64,000 nucleotides of DNA from Eledone cirrhosa (Eukaryota), in the NCBI GenBank assembly GCA_964016885.1, contig OZ024743.1:8742001-8806000 (forward strand). The letters run 5' to 3'. Position numbers and translations under genes: made by a program. The first letter of the stretch is position 1, and each line of letters opens with the position of its first letter. This document shows positions 13,137-26,535 of this stretch, one piece after another. The notes under the pieces were generated by a model. That model had not been told where the DNA came from. It saw only the letters and a list, made by a program, of their open reading frames with translations, and ran no database searches.

Positions 13137-13930
13137 TCATCATCATCATCAACGTTTTACGTCCGTTCTTCCACGCTAGCATGGGTTGTCTATATGCTTC
13201 AGCTTCAGCTTGTACCCATGGAAAGTCAGGTCTTCTGTATTACTGCATGACGCCAGAGGTCACAGTCATGTGTCACCGCCCTTGAGAGGTGCAATTGGAT
13301 AAGGTCAGCTTTTATCAGCTCATCCCAGGTCTTCTTGGGTCTCCCCACTACGCGGTTTATATCGACGTCTAGTGCTCTGCACTTTTTTATGCAGCAGTCA
13401 TCCTTCATACGCATCACATGTCCATACCAACGCAACCTCCTCTCTTGCACACAGCATTTGATTCCTCTTATGCCCAGTCTCTCTCTCAATGCTTTGCCGT
13501 TCGCGTATATTACTATTACACATCCATCGGAGCATGCAGGCTTCGTTTCTTTCTAATCTGCGCAAGTCTTCTACAGACAGCGCCCAGGTCTCACTACCAT
13601 GTAACATTGCTGTTTGTATACACACATCATACAGTCTGCCTTTCATTTTGATGGAAAAGCCTTTTGCAGCTAGCAGTGGCAGTAGCTCCCTGAACTTCTT
13701 CCATCCCATTCTTACCCTAGTTATTGTACTTTCCGAACACCCACCTCCGCTGCTAATTCGGTCACCTAGGTAGCAGAAGCTGTCTACTGTTTCTACAGAG
13801 CCCTCCCAGAGTTTGGTGGTGCTTGTTTCCTGTGGTCAATTGCTTCTTGCTGTCCCAGCGCAGCTGCTACATATGAAGCCTACATTCTTAGTTAAGCTTC
13901 CTGAGATCTCACTACATCTCTTGTGTACCC

Positions 13931-13932
<2 letters not shown>
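13137..13932 (-). mobile_element. RTE LINE 3' fragment (subfamily of the 43.9-45.4 kb copy), UTR mostly absent
   Basis: ORFs 13398..13709 and 13226..13489; (GAT)n tail. Confidence 0.88.
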
Positions 13933-13978
<46 letters not shown>

Positions 13979-13980
<2 letters not shown>

Positions 13981-14998
13981 TAGCTGAGTAGCCCGTTGTT
14001 GCCAAGCAATAATCACAATATTATGCCTTTATTTTAAATTTTCTTTTTATTTTATATCCAACTATGTCTTCCCTGAAGGATAATCCACTTGATGAGGGTG
14101 GATTTCTTTATTAATTGGGTCAATTTATAATGTTTGTATAAACAATGTTTGTTGTTTTTCCATCTGGTGCATAGATGTAAAGATTTGTTTGACTTCCTAC
14201 TCTTGAACATTCAAGATGCAACAGATCATGGGTGAGAAGGGCTCTTCAATGTGTAAACTGGCAACTGAAAATGTTTGTCCTTGTGATTTGTTGATGGTCA
14301 TGGCAAAACTAAGACTTGTTGGAAATTGAAGTCATTTGAATTGAAATGAGACTTCAGTGGGGATAAGACAAAATTCTTGGAAAGAACACACCCACTCCCC
14401 TACCACATCCTGTTGAAATAGTGGCTTGAATCACATGTGGATGTATACTTTTCAAAACCAATCGTGTGCTATTGTATAGCCTTGGTGAGTCCCAATTCCT
14501 CAATAATATGATGAGGGCTACTTCTTTAAAGTGAAGGACATGTGGAGGTTTTGCTGGTAGTTCTAAAGAGTTGAGGAACTATGTCAGGTAAGTGACAGCT
14601 TCCGACTGTTCCACCACAGCATCGACAGATTGATGGAGCTTTGAAACCTTTGGAATTCTTTTTAAAAGCTCTTGATTTACCAATTTCACAATTACATTTT
14701 TGGGGCCTGATATTCAAGATTAGCGAACGCATTTTCTATGTGAAGGAATTATGATTCCACCATCGTGCCTATGGGACTTATATCAATAGCTCCCTTTCTA
14801 TCTACAGGAAGTCCCCAAGATTCTGGGTGAACTACTCTGATTGTTCATCTTTACCAAAAAATGCTTTCATGTTTGTAGCGAGCTTGAAACTTTGATAGAA
14901 ATCCAAAGTGTCAATTTTTTTCAAACAGGCTCAGATTTGATCAATCCTATTGCCTTTTGGAATGACTGGGAGAATTTGTCTAAAATCCTCTCTTGCTC
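13979..14998 (-). mobile_element. Helitron relic: PIF1-like helicase C-terminus plus 3' terminus
   Basis: Minus-strand DFRQILPVIPKG, FLNSLELPAKPPH, LLRNWDSPRLYNSTRL, QFPTSLSFAMTINKSQGQT with stops and frameshifts; ends ...acgggctactcagCTAG-t into (TA)n. Confidence 0.85.
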
Positions 14999-15249
14999 CT
15001 ACTACTACTACTAATACCATTACCACTACTACTACCACCATCATCACCACCATCATTACCACCATCATCACCATCACATCAATTGTTGAAGCATGGCAGT
15101 TATAGTTGATTTCATATATGCTGTATCTGTGTGTTAATTTTTGGTTAATATTTGATATTAATAAAGTTTCCATAGTTATTGCCTCATTTTTTAATGGAAT
15201 TGTATATAGAATTAAAGTAATTATTGTAGTTAAAGTCTAAAGTCTGTCT

Positions 15250-15512
15250 TAAGCCAGAAGGCTCATTTGACCATTGCTTATCCCGGTTTCATGGCATGAA
15301 GCGACTGAGAATTCAAGACTCCCCCCTTGACAGGATGCCAGTCCATCACAGGGTTAAACCCATAGCTATTGCTGGTACTCATTTTCAGCTGAGTATACTG
15401 GAGCAATGTGAAATGAAGTGTTTTGCTCAAGAACACAGCACACAACCCAGTCCAGGAATTGAACCCACGACATTATGATCGTAAGTCTAACACAAGTCCA
15501 AGTGCCCCCACT
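15250..15512 (-). mobile_element. tRNA-derived SINE
   Basis: Reverse-complemented B-box (gggttcaattcc) and cttgagcaaaacact core shared with other SINEs here. Confidence 0.7.
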
Positions 15513-15756
15513 ATTATTGTAGTTATATCTAATTTTGTTGTATGTACTATATGATAATGTATCATGTTTATGTGACTAATGTTATTAAAGTTCAACTTTG
15601 TGCTGATAAGAAGGTGTTTTATTTTGGTGTTTATGTAATATATTCTGACTGAGTTTGTGGTTAGGATTGAAGCATGTTGTTTTGTTTTATGAATTTTTCA
15701 TGAAGTATTCATCCATTTTATAATGTCTGGTTTGGTGCTGTTTCTGTTTTTTAGCA

Positions 15757-16380
15757 TCATTATCATTTTATGCCTGCTGTTTATGTCTTACATGGGTTGG
15801 ATAGGTTTGTTTCAGCACATCACTCTACTCATTGCATTCCTTAATCATCTTCTCTGTATTTCAGATCAGCTCCCATCATCTCCGCCCAGGTCTTCCTTGG
15901 TTTTTCCTCTACTGCAGTTTCCTTCCACTGGGATTTCTTGCCATTTCTTCACCCAGTGATCATTATCCATGCACATCACATGTCAATACCTTGAGTCTCC
16001 TCTCTTGCATACTACATCTGATTCCTCTTAAACCCAGTTTCCTTCTCATGCTTTGTCATTCCCACACATCAACATTGCACATCCATCAAAGCATACTTGC
16101 TTCATTTCTCTTCAGCCATTGCATATTCTCTGCATTCACTGCCCATGTCTCACTATCATGCAACATTGCAAATTGCATACAGGCATCATACAGCCAATCT
16201 TTTGTTTGTAGGGAGAAACCATTTGAATATATATATTCACCCCACTCCTTACCCATGTCCCTAGAATTGCCAAGAGATTCCAGTGGAGGGAAGCTGCAGT
16301 AGAGGAAGACTGAGAAAAACCAGAGTAGAAATGGTTAAAGCTAATCTTAAAACTTTGAACCTCATAGAGGAGATGACAAA
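15757..16380 (-). mobile_element. Old degenerate RTE fragments (last ~110 bp on + strand)
   Basis: Diverged matches to RTE C-terminus and terminal repeat. Confidence 0.55.
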
Positions 16381-16883
16381 ATAATTGTTTCTACTTTTGA
16401 CACAAGGCCAGCAATTATACCAATGCATTACTGGTGCTTTATTTTATCAACCAAGTAAAGATGAAAAGCAAAGTTAACCTCAGTGGGATTTGAACTCAGA
16501 CCATAAAGGGCTGTAACTCTATGCTGCAAAGTATGGCATCCAACCTTCTACCGATACTGTCAATCCACCGCCTTATGACAAAATAATGCTACATGAGGAA
16601 AGCTGATACATGGATAGGACATAAAAATATGATGATGATGATGATGATGGTAATATATCTACTTAAATTTTTTGTTCTTCCATTATTTTAGCTATCATGG
16701 CTAAAGTCGTAATGGAAAACATTGTGTGTAAAGAAGTAACCCTTTTTATACCATATTTCTAATGGAAGAGACTACATATGAATTTCAAATAATTTTGAAA
16801 ATAACAAAAAAAAATTGGAGGATTTAGTAATATAGCATTCTCATTTTTATGCTGGTGTCTGGAACATAACCTAGCACAAGGTT

Positions 16884-19210
16884 CATCATCATCTTTTTTT
16901 AACGTCCATCTTCCACGCTAGCATGGGTTAGACGGGAGTTGTACCACTTGAGGCAAGGTTGGTCGAGTGACCGTGTTTCGCTCATATAGGACTATCTGGC
17001 AGGTTTTCTACGGCTGGATGCCCTTCCTAACACCAACCACATTTACAGTGTGGAACTGCAAACTTTTTACCGTGTTACCTACATGGCCACATTACAGCGT
17101 GGACTGTGTGTTTTTTTTTGTTGTGACACCTACATGATCTCGATCTCATTATCTCATTTATTTGGACTGGATATTGTGGTACCAACTTTACAGAGAGAGG
17201 GTGGTGTTAGTGGGAGTGGGAGGATTAGGGGTAGTGGGATGAAGTGTATATTTGGTTAAGAGGTGCCTACTGACTGTAGGTTTCACTTAGGCAAGGTGGG
17301 TCTTCTATATTACTGCATAGAGCCAAAGATTTCGGTCCAGTGACATTGTCTTAGAGAAGTGCAAGTGTGTAAGGTCGGAATTTATCAAATCATCCCAGGT
17401 TTTTCTGGGTCTACCTACTCTGTAAATACCATCAATTTTGATCACTCTGCACTTTTTTATACAGCTGTCGTCTTTCATGCGCATCACGTGACCATACCAA
17501 CGTAGTCTTCTCTCAAGTAAACAGCATCTGATCCCTCTTATTCCTAATTTCTCACTTAGTTCATTTATACTTGGCCATTCACGTATATTACTATTACACA
17601 CCCAACAGAGCATGCATGCTTCATTCCTTTCCAGTCTGCGCAGGTCCTCTGCACACAATGCCCATGTCTCACTGCCATGTAGCATTGCTGTTCGTATACA
17701 GGCGTCATACAATCTGCCTTTCATTTTTAGAGAGAAACCTTTTGTGGCCAACAGCAGTATAAGCTCTCTGAACTTTTCGCATCCTGTTCTGACTCTGGCT
17801 ACTGTACTTTCAGAGCACCCTCCACCACTGCTGATTTTGTCACCCAGGTAACAGAAAGTGTCCACTATTTCTATATAACTATCTGGGCAATAGAAGGAGC
17901 TAGTATCCAGTGGGCACTTGCTACTTATTGCACCTGAGCATCGGCCACATATAAAATCTACGGTCTTAGATAGTTTACCTGTGATCCCATTTCATCTTTT
18001 ATGTACCCATACTTTGCATTTGGGACATAAAATTGAATTTCTGCCTACTCCTTTCCTACACACTGAGCATACCCATTTCCCTGAGGGCACCTGTGCCCTA
18101 TTTTTCTTTCTACAAACTAGAACTTTAGTCTTAGACAAGTTAACTTTAAGGCCCTTTGATTCTAGGCCATTCTTCCATTTTTGGAATTTATTCTCTAGTT
18201 CAGCCATAGATTCAGCTATCAGAGTTTGATCATCTGCGTATAGAAGTTCCCATGGGCAGCCGGTCTTAAACTCCTCTGTTATAGCCTGAAGGGCAATAAT
18301 AAATAGGAGGGGGCTAAGGACAGAGCCTTGATGAACACCATCTTTTACACTAAATTCTTCACAATATTCATTGTTAATTCTAACCTTACTGACTGTTTCT
18401 TTATACATAGCTTGTATAGCTCTCACAAGCCATTCCTCTACACCTAGTTTTCTAAGAGCCCACCAGACGGGGAACTCTGTCAAAGGCTTTCTCCAGGTCT
18501 ACAAAAGCTAAGTAGAGGGGTTTACTTTTAGCTAGGTACTTCTCCTGTAGTTGTCGTACAAGGAAAAGAGCGTCTGTGGTACTTTTACCTGACACAAACC
18601 CAAACTGCATTTCATCTAGATCAATTCGCTCTCTGATTAGTTGCGCTATAACTTGTAGCAAGAGTTGCCTCCCTTATCACCAGTAGCGCTCTCTAGACAG
18701 GAAGTAGCTGGAGTTACTTCCTGTTGAGGTGGCAGACCTTCTTTGTCACTTCCGTCCTGGGACCCTATAAAGGAGAGAGCTTTCATCTAGATCAATTCGC
18801 ACTATAAGTCTTTCTGTGACCTTCATGACCTGGTCAACTAACTTAATGCCTCTATAGTTTCCCCTATCTAGAGCATCCTCTTTACCCTTGTAGCAGTTAA
18901 TTATGATGCTGTTATGCCAGTCTTTTTTGTATGACCCGATTCTGTATTACTTGGTTAACTATACGGGTTACCATAATATGTCCCACCATTCCAGATGCCT
19001 TCAACATCTCAGCAACTATCTCCGAAGGCCCAGCCGCCTTGTCTGTCTTCATATCTTTGATTGCCTTACTTATTATACTACCTTTAAATTGCACCGCTGG
19101 TCCTTCTATTGGATCGATTTGGAGCAGACTATCTTTTTGCCATTTATTCTCCTCATTTAATAATCTCTCGTAGTGACACTTCCAAGCTATCTTCTTATCA
19201 GTATCAGTGG
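16884..19210 (-). mobile_element. RTE LINE copy, disrupted, carrying a partial LTR
   Basis: ORFs 17305..17865, 17992..18483, 18452..18661, 18912..19094; ggttc at both junctions. Confidence 0.9.
18657..18785 (+). mobile_element. Partial copy of the solo LTR at 24038-24458
   Basis: Near-identical to the first ~130 bp, same left junction gcgctataact|tgtagcaag. Confidence 0.85.
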
Positions 19211-19262
19211 TTCTTACATAAAATTATGATGGAAGTTGTTTAGATAAATATAAACAATATAA

Positions 19263-19462
19263 CCCTTTAGCATTTACATTACTCTGTATTTACTATTATA
19301 TTTTCATGGTAAAAGCTTTACCTCACATAATATCGAATCTATGAGATTTTGATATTATTTATTTTGAAAACAATGCTTTAACATCAATATGAGTGGTCGG
19401 TTACGGAACAGAAATAGGTGAGAGAATTCTGGCCGGATATAACTGGCTTAAATGCTAAAGGG
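19263..19462. mobile_element. piggyBac-type MITE (family 1)
   Basis: TIR CCCTTTAGCATTTA...TAAATGCTAAAGGG; flanks ataa/ttaa. Confidence 0.8.
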
Positions 19463-19742
19463 TTAAAATAAACAGCATAGTACCATACAATCAGAAATAG
19501 TTTCAGTGCAGTTGGTAACAAAAGGTTTAAATAAAAAGAATAATTAAAACCTAATTTGGTTTTAATATTTTACATATTGTATTGAGAGGACTCAATAGTT
19601 TGTTATTCCATATAACCTACAAGATTTTTTAACAAATTGGATGTCTGCCATATCCAAACAATTCTCAGCATACGCCTACCTAATGCCATTAAAAGACATT
19701 TAGATTTATTGTTGACTTTTCACTCACCCCCTTTTCCTCCAA

Positions 19743-19792
19743 TATGTGTCTATATGTATGTATGTATGTGTGTGTATGTATGTATGTATGTA

Positions 19793-19853
<61 letters not shown>

Positions 19854-20056
19854 ATATATGTATGTATATATGTATTAATATGCATATATGAATGTATGTA
19901 TGTGTATATATATGTATATATGCATGCATATATGTATGTATGCATGTATGCATATATGCATGCACATATGTATGTATGTGTGTGTATGTATGCATACATG
20001 TATGTATGTATGTATATATGCATGCATATATGTATGTATGTATGTATACATATATA
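19743..20056. repeat. Compound (ATGT)n/(GT)n microsatellite
   Basis: Direct inspection. Confidence 0.95.
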
Positions 20057-20248
20057 ATTCCCTTAGTCTTAGTTAACCAAAATTAAATGTTCAACACTTT
20101 TAATACCAGACTGCTTGAGTCCACCCCTGGTTCTATGACACAAAGCTGTTTTAAAGTGATTATATCTATTTACAAACCTTCCATTGTAGCTCTATTTAAG
20201 AACCTTTGTTAAGTTAGGCTTAAAACACTAACTTAATGAAAAAAGTAT

Positions 20249-20510
20249 CACTTTACAGTGTGGACTGGGTTCTCTTTGTCGTGAGACCTACACAACCACT
20301 TTACAGTGTGGACTGGACGCTTTTTGTCATGACACCTAGATGACCACTTTATAGTGTGGACTGGATGCTTTTTGCTGTGACACCTACCAACCACTTTACA
20401 GTGTGGACTGGACACTTTTTGTCGTGTTGAAATGTGAAATAAAATATTTTGCTCAAGAACACATACCACCCAGTCCTGGAATTGAACTTGAGGTCTTATG
20501 ATCATGAATT
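20249..20510 (-). repeat. Four tandem 47-48-bp units (RTE/SINE 3' UTR motif) joined to a SINE head
   Basis: cactttacagtgtggactgg starts at 20249, 20297, 20345, 20392; SINE core and B-box follow in reverse orientation. Confidence 0.8.
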
Positions 20511-21764
20511 AAAAAACCTTAAATTAGTTGTATTACTAAATCCCTCCAAATTCTTGATTATTTTCAAAATGATTGGAAATTCATGCACGGTGGCTTTCAT
20601 TAGAAATATGGTATTAAAAGAATTAAAATGCTAAACTAAAAGAGCTAGTTTCTAAAAAAGTGACCAGATGTCTAATAGAATAATTCCATAATTCAATTAA
20701 TTAATGAAGAATTTTGCAAGATTGACTAAAATTATTAATTACTTCATTACTAAGATAGTAAGTTTAATTTAAATAGGAACCTTTTAAAATGGGTGATTTT
20801 GTTTCATAGGACTAGAGCCAGTTTTGGTTGGGTTGGTATCAAAAGGGCTTATAGGAATTTACAATTATCTTTGTTTGAATGTTTATCTTAATCCTCTTGT
20901 TTCTAGGGTCTTCATGTTTATCATTATCATTACCACCACCTGCAGGAGGGAGCATCAACATAATTACTTGATCTGCTTGTTTGAATAGTCTAATGTTCCT
21001 CTACAAAATATCTACCATCATTTACAATTGGAGCTACATGTTTAAAACTTAAATCTTAAGAGAGCAAGCTCTCATGATATAAGTAGTTGCAAAGATTATT
21101 GAACATATGTGCTAGACTTCTTTTAGCTGTATTTTAAGAGTGTTGGACTATGGGTACCTTGAGCAGCTAGGTACTTCCATGTCAATGGTCAGCTCAAGTA
21201 GAACTGACAAGGGTACTTATCAACAATGATACTTATCATCCTTTGAAAAGATAGATTCAAGTCATCAAGACCCTATGTTCTATAATACAGCACTCACTAA
21301 TTAGCATATCTATTGACATGACAATTATTAAAATAAACCAATACTCTTCATTTATCAATTCCTATGTTCAAATTTCTGATCTTAACCCTTTTGATATCAA
21401 ATCATCTGAAACCATCTCAGGTTTTTTGAGAACTTTCCATCAAAATTCTATGTAAGAAACTTTGTTAAGTTATGTTCCAAACACCAACTTAACAGTGAAA
21501 AAATTAGTTATATTATTAAATCCCTCTAAATTGTTGATTATTTTCAAAATGATTTGAAAGTTATAGACAGTATCTTTCATTCATTAGAAACACGATAAGA
21601 AAAGTGTTCAATATTGAAACTTGATATTATACACTATGGGTTTGGTGAAGTAACAATGTTCAGATTGCCAGAATCTATAGAAACAAGTCTTATTCACAGC
21701 AACAATATAGGAAATACTCTCATTAATTTACATTTCATTTTATATTAACAATATGTTGTAGCAC

Positions 21765-22085
21765 CACCATCAGTTCTCATGACAAGTGTTCCAGTTGTTT
21801 GATCAATGTAATGGCCTGCTCATGAAATCAACATGCCTATGGCTGAGTATACCACAGACACATGTACCCTTAATGCATTTCTTAGGGAGACTACAATGAC
21901 AGTGTGTTGACTGGTCCTTTGAATAACAGATACAACTAAAGTTTTAGAGCTGAGTGGGCTGGGGCAGCATGAAATTATTTTATGCTCAATGTCATGCTCA
22001 AGGACACAATATACCACCAGGAGTTGAACTCATGACCTTATGATCATGAGCCAAATACCCTAACCATTATGCCTTGCACCTTCAC
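21765..22085 (-). mobile_element. tRNA-derived SINE
   Basis: Reverse-complemented head (ggcataatggttagggtatttggctcatgatcataaggtcatgagttcaac) and ccttgagca core. Confidence 0.65.
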
Positions 22086-22418
22086 ATTAACAATATATAG
22101 AACTGGTGGCACCCCAGAGATAATATTAATATTTTTGCTTGAACTTGTATGACTTATAATCAACTTCAAAATTTAAAACTATCAGAATTGTTTCATGTGA
22201 TTCTCCTATCTGTAATTTTCAGTCTTTTGTAATTTTTATATAGGAAAATCTAATCTCACCATTCTCAACAAGCAAAACTACTTATTTACTTCCTGTTAGT
22301 TTAGATTTGCATAGCTGAGTTGATCATTTTTGTTTCTTACATGCTCTGGAGTGGGTCATGGTAGGTCATTTTTAAAACTTACTGTTAGAGAGAACAATGT
22401 TATCCCTCTCTTAAGCAC

Positions 22419-22452
<34 letters not shown>

Positions 22453-22517
22453 TGTATATATATATATATGTATATATATATATGTATATATATATATGTG
22501 TGTATATATATATATAT

Positions 22518-24740
22518 ATCATCATTATCATCATCATCTTTTAACGTCTATCTTCCACGCTAGCATGGGTTTAGACAGGAATTGTCCCACTTGAAGCAAG
22601 ATTGGTTGTCTCACTCATATGGGACTGTCTGGCAGGTTTTCTACAGCTGGATGCCCTTCTTAACACCAATCACGTTTACAGTGTGGACTGGGAGGTTTTT
22701 ACCGTGTTACCTACACGGCCACATTACAGTGTGGACTGTGTGTTTTTTTTGTTGTGACACCTACACGACCTCATTTATTTAGGATTGGATGTTGTGGTAC
22801 CAACATAACTTTACAGAGAAAGGGGTGGTGTAGATGGGGGTGGGGTAGGAGCAGTGGGATGGGGGTGTATTTTTGGTTAAGAGGTGCCTACTGACTGTAG
22901 GTTTCGCTTTGTACTTAGGCAATGCGGGTCTTCTGTATTACTGCGTAGCACCAAAGATCTCGCTCCAGTGACATTGTCTTCGAGAGGTGTAAGTGTGTAA
23001 GGTCGGAATTTATCAAATCGTCCCAGGTTTTTCTGGGCCTGCCTACTCCGTAGCTTCCATCAATTTTGATCGCCCTGCACTTTTTTTATATTCATGCGCA
23101 TCACGTGACCATACCAACGTAGTCTTCTCTCGAGTAAACAGCATCTGATCCATCTTATTCCTAATTTCTCACTTAGTTCATTTATGCTTTGCCATTCACT
23201 ATTACACATCCAACGGAGCATGCAAGCTTCTTTCCTCTCCAGTCTGCGCAGATCCTCTGCACACAATGCCCATGTATTACTGCCATGTAACATGGTTGTT
23301 CGTATGCAGGCATCATACAGTCTGCCTTTCATTTTTAGAGAGAAACCTTTAGCGGTCAATAGTGGTATAACCTCTCTGACCTTTTTCCATCCCATTCTGA
23401 CTCTGGCTACTGTACTTTCAGAGCACCCCCCCACCACTGCTGATTTTGTCACCCAGGTAACGGAAGGTGTCCACTATTTCTATAGAACCATCTGGGCAAT
23501 GGAAGGAGCTAGTATCCTGTGGGCACTTGCTACTACTTATTGCACCTGAGCACTGGCCACATATAAAATCTATATTCTTAGATAGTTTACCTGTGATCCC
23601 ACTACATCTTGTATACACCCATACTTTGCATTTGGGACATAAAATGGAGTTTCTGCCTACTCCTTTCCCACACACTGAGCATGGCCATTTCCCAGAGGGG
23701 ACCAGTGCCCTATTTTCCTTTTACACTAAATTCTTCACTATATTCGTTGTTAATTCTAACCTTGTTGACTGTTTCTTTATACATGGCTTGTATAGTTCCC
23801 ACAAGCCATTCATCAACACCTAGTTTTCTAAGAGCCCACCAGATAATGGAGCGGGGGACTCTGTCAAAGGCTTTCTCCAAGTCAACAAAAGCTAAGTATA
23901 GGGGTTTAATTTTAGCTAGGTACTTCTCCTGTAGTTGTCGTACAAGGAAAAGAGCATCTGTGGTACTTTTACCTGACACAAACCCAAACTTCATTTCATC
24001 TAGATCAATTCGCTCTCTGATTAGTTGCGCTATAACTTGTAGCAAGAGTTGCCTCCCTTATCACCAGTAGCGCTCTCTAGACAGGAAGTAGCTGGAGTTA
24101 CTTCCCTTTGAGGTGGCAGAACCGTCTTTGTCACTTCTGTCCTGGGACCCTATAAAGGAGAGAGCTTTCAGCTCTCTCCCTCTCTTCTAACCTGCCTGGC
24201 CCTTCGGCCAGGCGTCTTCGACCAGGCTCTCGTTCGCCGACGCTATACTCTCTGGTAACCTGAACATGGTAATGTAAAGACCACTTGGTCTCTTGCGAGA
24301 TGACTTCAAAACAGTAATACAAATAACTTTAATTTGTTCTTTCATCTAATCTTGGCATGTCAACTATTCTGCTCTACATAACCTTGTTAAATAAACATTG
24401 TACAATACAATCAACCGAGTGTCTTGTTATATTCACACAACCCAGTAACTCTGTTATAAACTCTTTCTGTGACCTTCATGACCTGGTCAATTAATTTAAT
24501 GCCTCTATAGTTTCCCCTATCTAGGGCATCTCCTTTACCCTTGTAGCAGTTAATGATGATACTGCTACGCCAATCATTTGGTATGCCCCCATTCTGTATG
24601 ACTTGGTTTACTATCCGGGTTATCATAGTGTGTCCCACCGATCCAGATGCTTTCAGCATTTCAGCAACTATCTCCGAAGGCTCAGCTGCTTTGCCTGTCT
24701 TCATATCTTTGATTGCCTTACTTATTATACTACCTTCTGT
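22518..24740 (-). mobile_element. RTE LINE copy with internal deletion (~23720) and solo LTR insertion
   Basis: ORFs 23060..23452, 23418..23675, 23710..24045, 24411..24704; (GAT)n tail. Confidence 0.9.
24038..24458 (+). mobile_element. Solo LTR, 421 bp, 4-bp TSD (Ty3/Gypsy-like by TSD length)
   Basis: TGTAGCA...TGTTATA termini; TSD aact at 24034-37 and 24459-62; TATAAAAG near 24151 and AATAAA near 24390. Confidence 0.85.
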
Positions 24741-24754
24741 ATATATATATATAT

Positions 24755-26052
24755 ATCATCATCATCATCATCATCAACGTTTAACGTCCGTGTTCCACGC
24801 TTGCATGGGTTTGGACGGGGGTAGTCCTACTTGAGGCAAGAGTGATTGTCTTGCTCGCATAGGACTGTCTGGCAGGTTTTCTACAGTTGGATGCACTTCC
24901 TAACACCAACCACATTTACAGTGTGGGTCTGGGAGGTTTTTACCGTGTTGCCTACACGGCCACATTACAGCGTGGACTGTGTGTTTTTTTGTCGTGACAC
25001 CTACACGATCTCATTTGTTTCGGCCTGGATGGCGCGGCACCAACATAACTTTACATAGAACGGGGTGGTGTGGATGGGGTGGTGGTGGTGGTGGTGGGAC
25101 GGGGTGTATTTTGTTAGAGATGCCTACTGGCTGTAGTAGGTTTTACTATGTATTTAGGTAAGGCAGGTCTTCTCTGTTACTGAGTACCGCCAAAGGTCTC
25201 GGTCCAGTGACATTGTCTTGGAGAGGTGTAAGTGTGTGAAGTCGGAGTTTATCAGCTCGTCCCAGGTATTTCTAGGTCTGCCTATTCCGTGGCTACCGTC
25301 TATCTTTATTGCCCTGCACTTTGTTATACAGCTATCGACTTTCATGCGCATCACGTGTCCATACCAACGTAGCCTTCTCTCGAGTAAACAACATCTGATC
25401 CCTCTTATTTCTAATAATTTCCTTAGTTCGTTTATGCTTTGCCGTTCACGTATATTACTGTTACACATCCAGCGGAGCATGCAAGCTTCGTTCCTCTCTA
25501 GTCTGCGTATATCCTCTGCACACAATGCCCAGGTCTCACTGCCATGCAACATTGCTGTTCGTATGCAGGCATCGTACAACCTGCTTTTCATTTTTAGGGA
25601 GAACCCTTTAGCAGCTAATAGTGGTATAAGCTCTCTGAACTTTTTCCAACCAGTTCTGAGTCTAGCTACTGTACTTTCAGAGCACCCTCCCCCACTGCTG
25701 ATTTTATCGCCCAGGTAACGGAAGCTGTCCACTATTTCTATAGAACCCTCTGCGCAATTGAAAGAGCTAGTATTTTGTGGGCACTTGCTGCTACTTATTG
25801 CACCAGAGCACCGGCCACATGTAAAATCTATGTTCTTAGTTAGCTTACCTGTGATCCCACTACATCTTTTATGCACCCATACTTTGCATTTAGGACATAA
25901 AATGGAGTTTCTACCTACGCCTTTCCTACACACCGAGCATGACCATTTCCCAGAAGGGACCGCCGCCTTGTTTTCTTTCCTACAAACTAGAACTTTAGTC
26001 TTAGCCAGGTTAATTTTAAGTCCTTTTGATTCTAGGCCGTGCTTCCATGTTT
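24755..26052 (-). mobile_element. RTE LINE copy, 5'-truncated
   Basis: ORF 25154..25933 with PHD and C-terminus; UTR and tail. Confidence 0.92.
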
Positions 26053-26057
26053 ATATA

Positions 26058-26099
<42 letters not shown>

Positions 26100-26110
26100 A
26101 ATATTTATAT

Positions 26111-26257
26111 ATATTGTTATACTTTGGGAGGGTCATGTTGCCAATAAGAAACACATGCACCAGTTGCTTTCACTTCAATTTATTATAATAAATTTATAAA
26201 TTTAGGAATTTATAAATTTCCGGTTGGCAACATGACCCTCCCAAAGTATAACAATAT
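26111..26257. repeat. Perfect 34-bp inverted repeat with 79-bp AT-rich spacer
   Basis: atattgttatactttgggagggtcatgttgccaa (26111-44) and its reverse complement (26224-57). Confidence 0.9.
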
Positions 26258-26314
26258 CGGTTTCAACACACGTTTTCAGATAAAGAATCTTGCTAAACAA
26301 ATTCAGAAACGAAG

Positions 26315-26351
<37 letters not shown>

Positions 26352-26535
26352 TAGGTAAATATATATATATAGATAGGTAAATATACACGGGTGTGTATGA
26401 TTGTGTATAGAAGATTATATTAATAAGAGGAATTCCAACTTTGTCTGATTTACTCATTTTATTTACAATCCTTTAAAATATATAATGGTATTATAATGAA
26501 ATAGTATGATAAAATATTAAATTCTAAGAGTTAAT

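Larger units (their letters stand above)
16740..19527. mobile_element. piggyBac-type MITE (family 2) interrupted by an RTE copy and a second MITE
   Basis: Starts taa-CCCTTTTTATACC, ends ggtaacaaaaggtttaa; halves at 16740-16883 and 19210-19527 are colinear with the related element at ~31880-32340. Confidence 0.55.

Noticed and set aside
19621-19675. Possible minus-strand exon AYAENCLDMADIQFVKKS
   Set aside because: Weak splice sites, no recognisable homology and no compatible neighbouring exon
20249-20430. CRISPR-like repeat/spacer appearance
   Set aside because: The apparent spacers are homologous to each other, the unit derives from the LINE/SINE UTR, there are no cas genes and the context is eukaryotic
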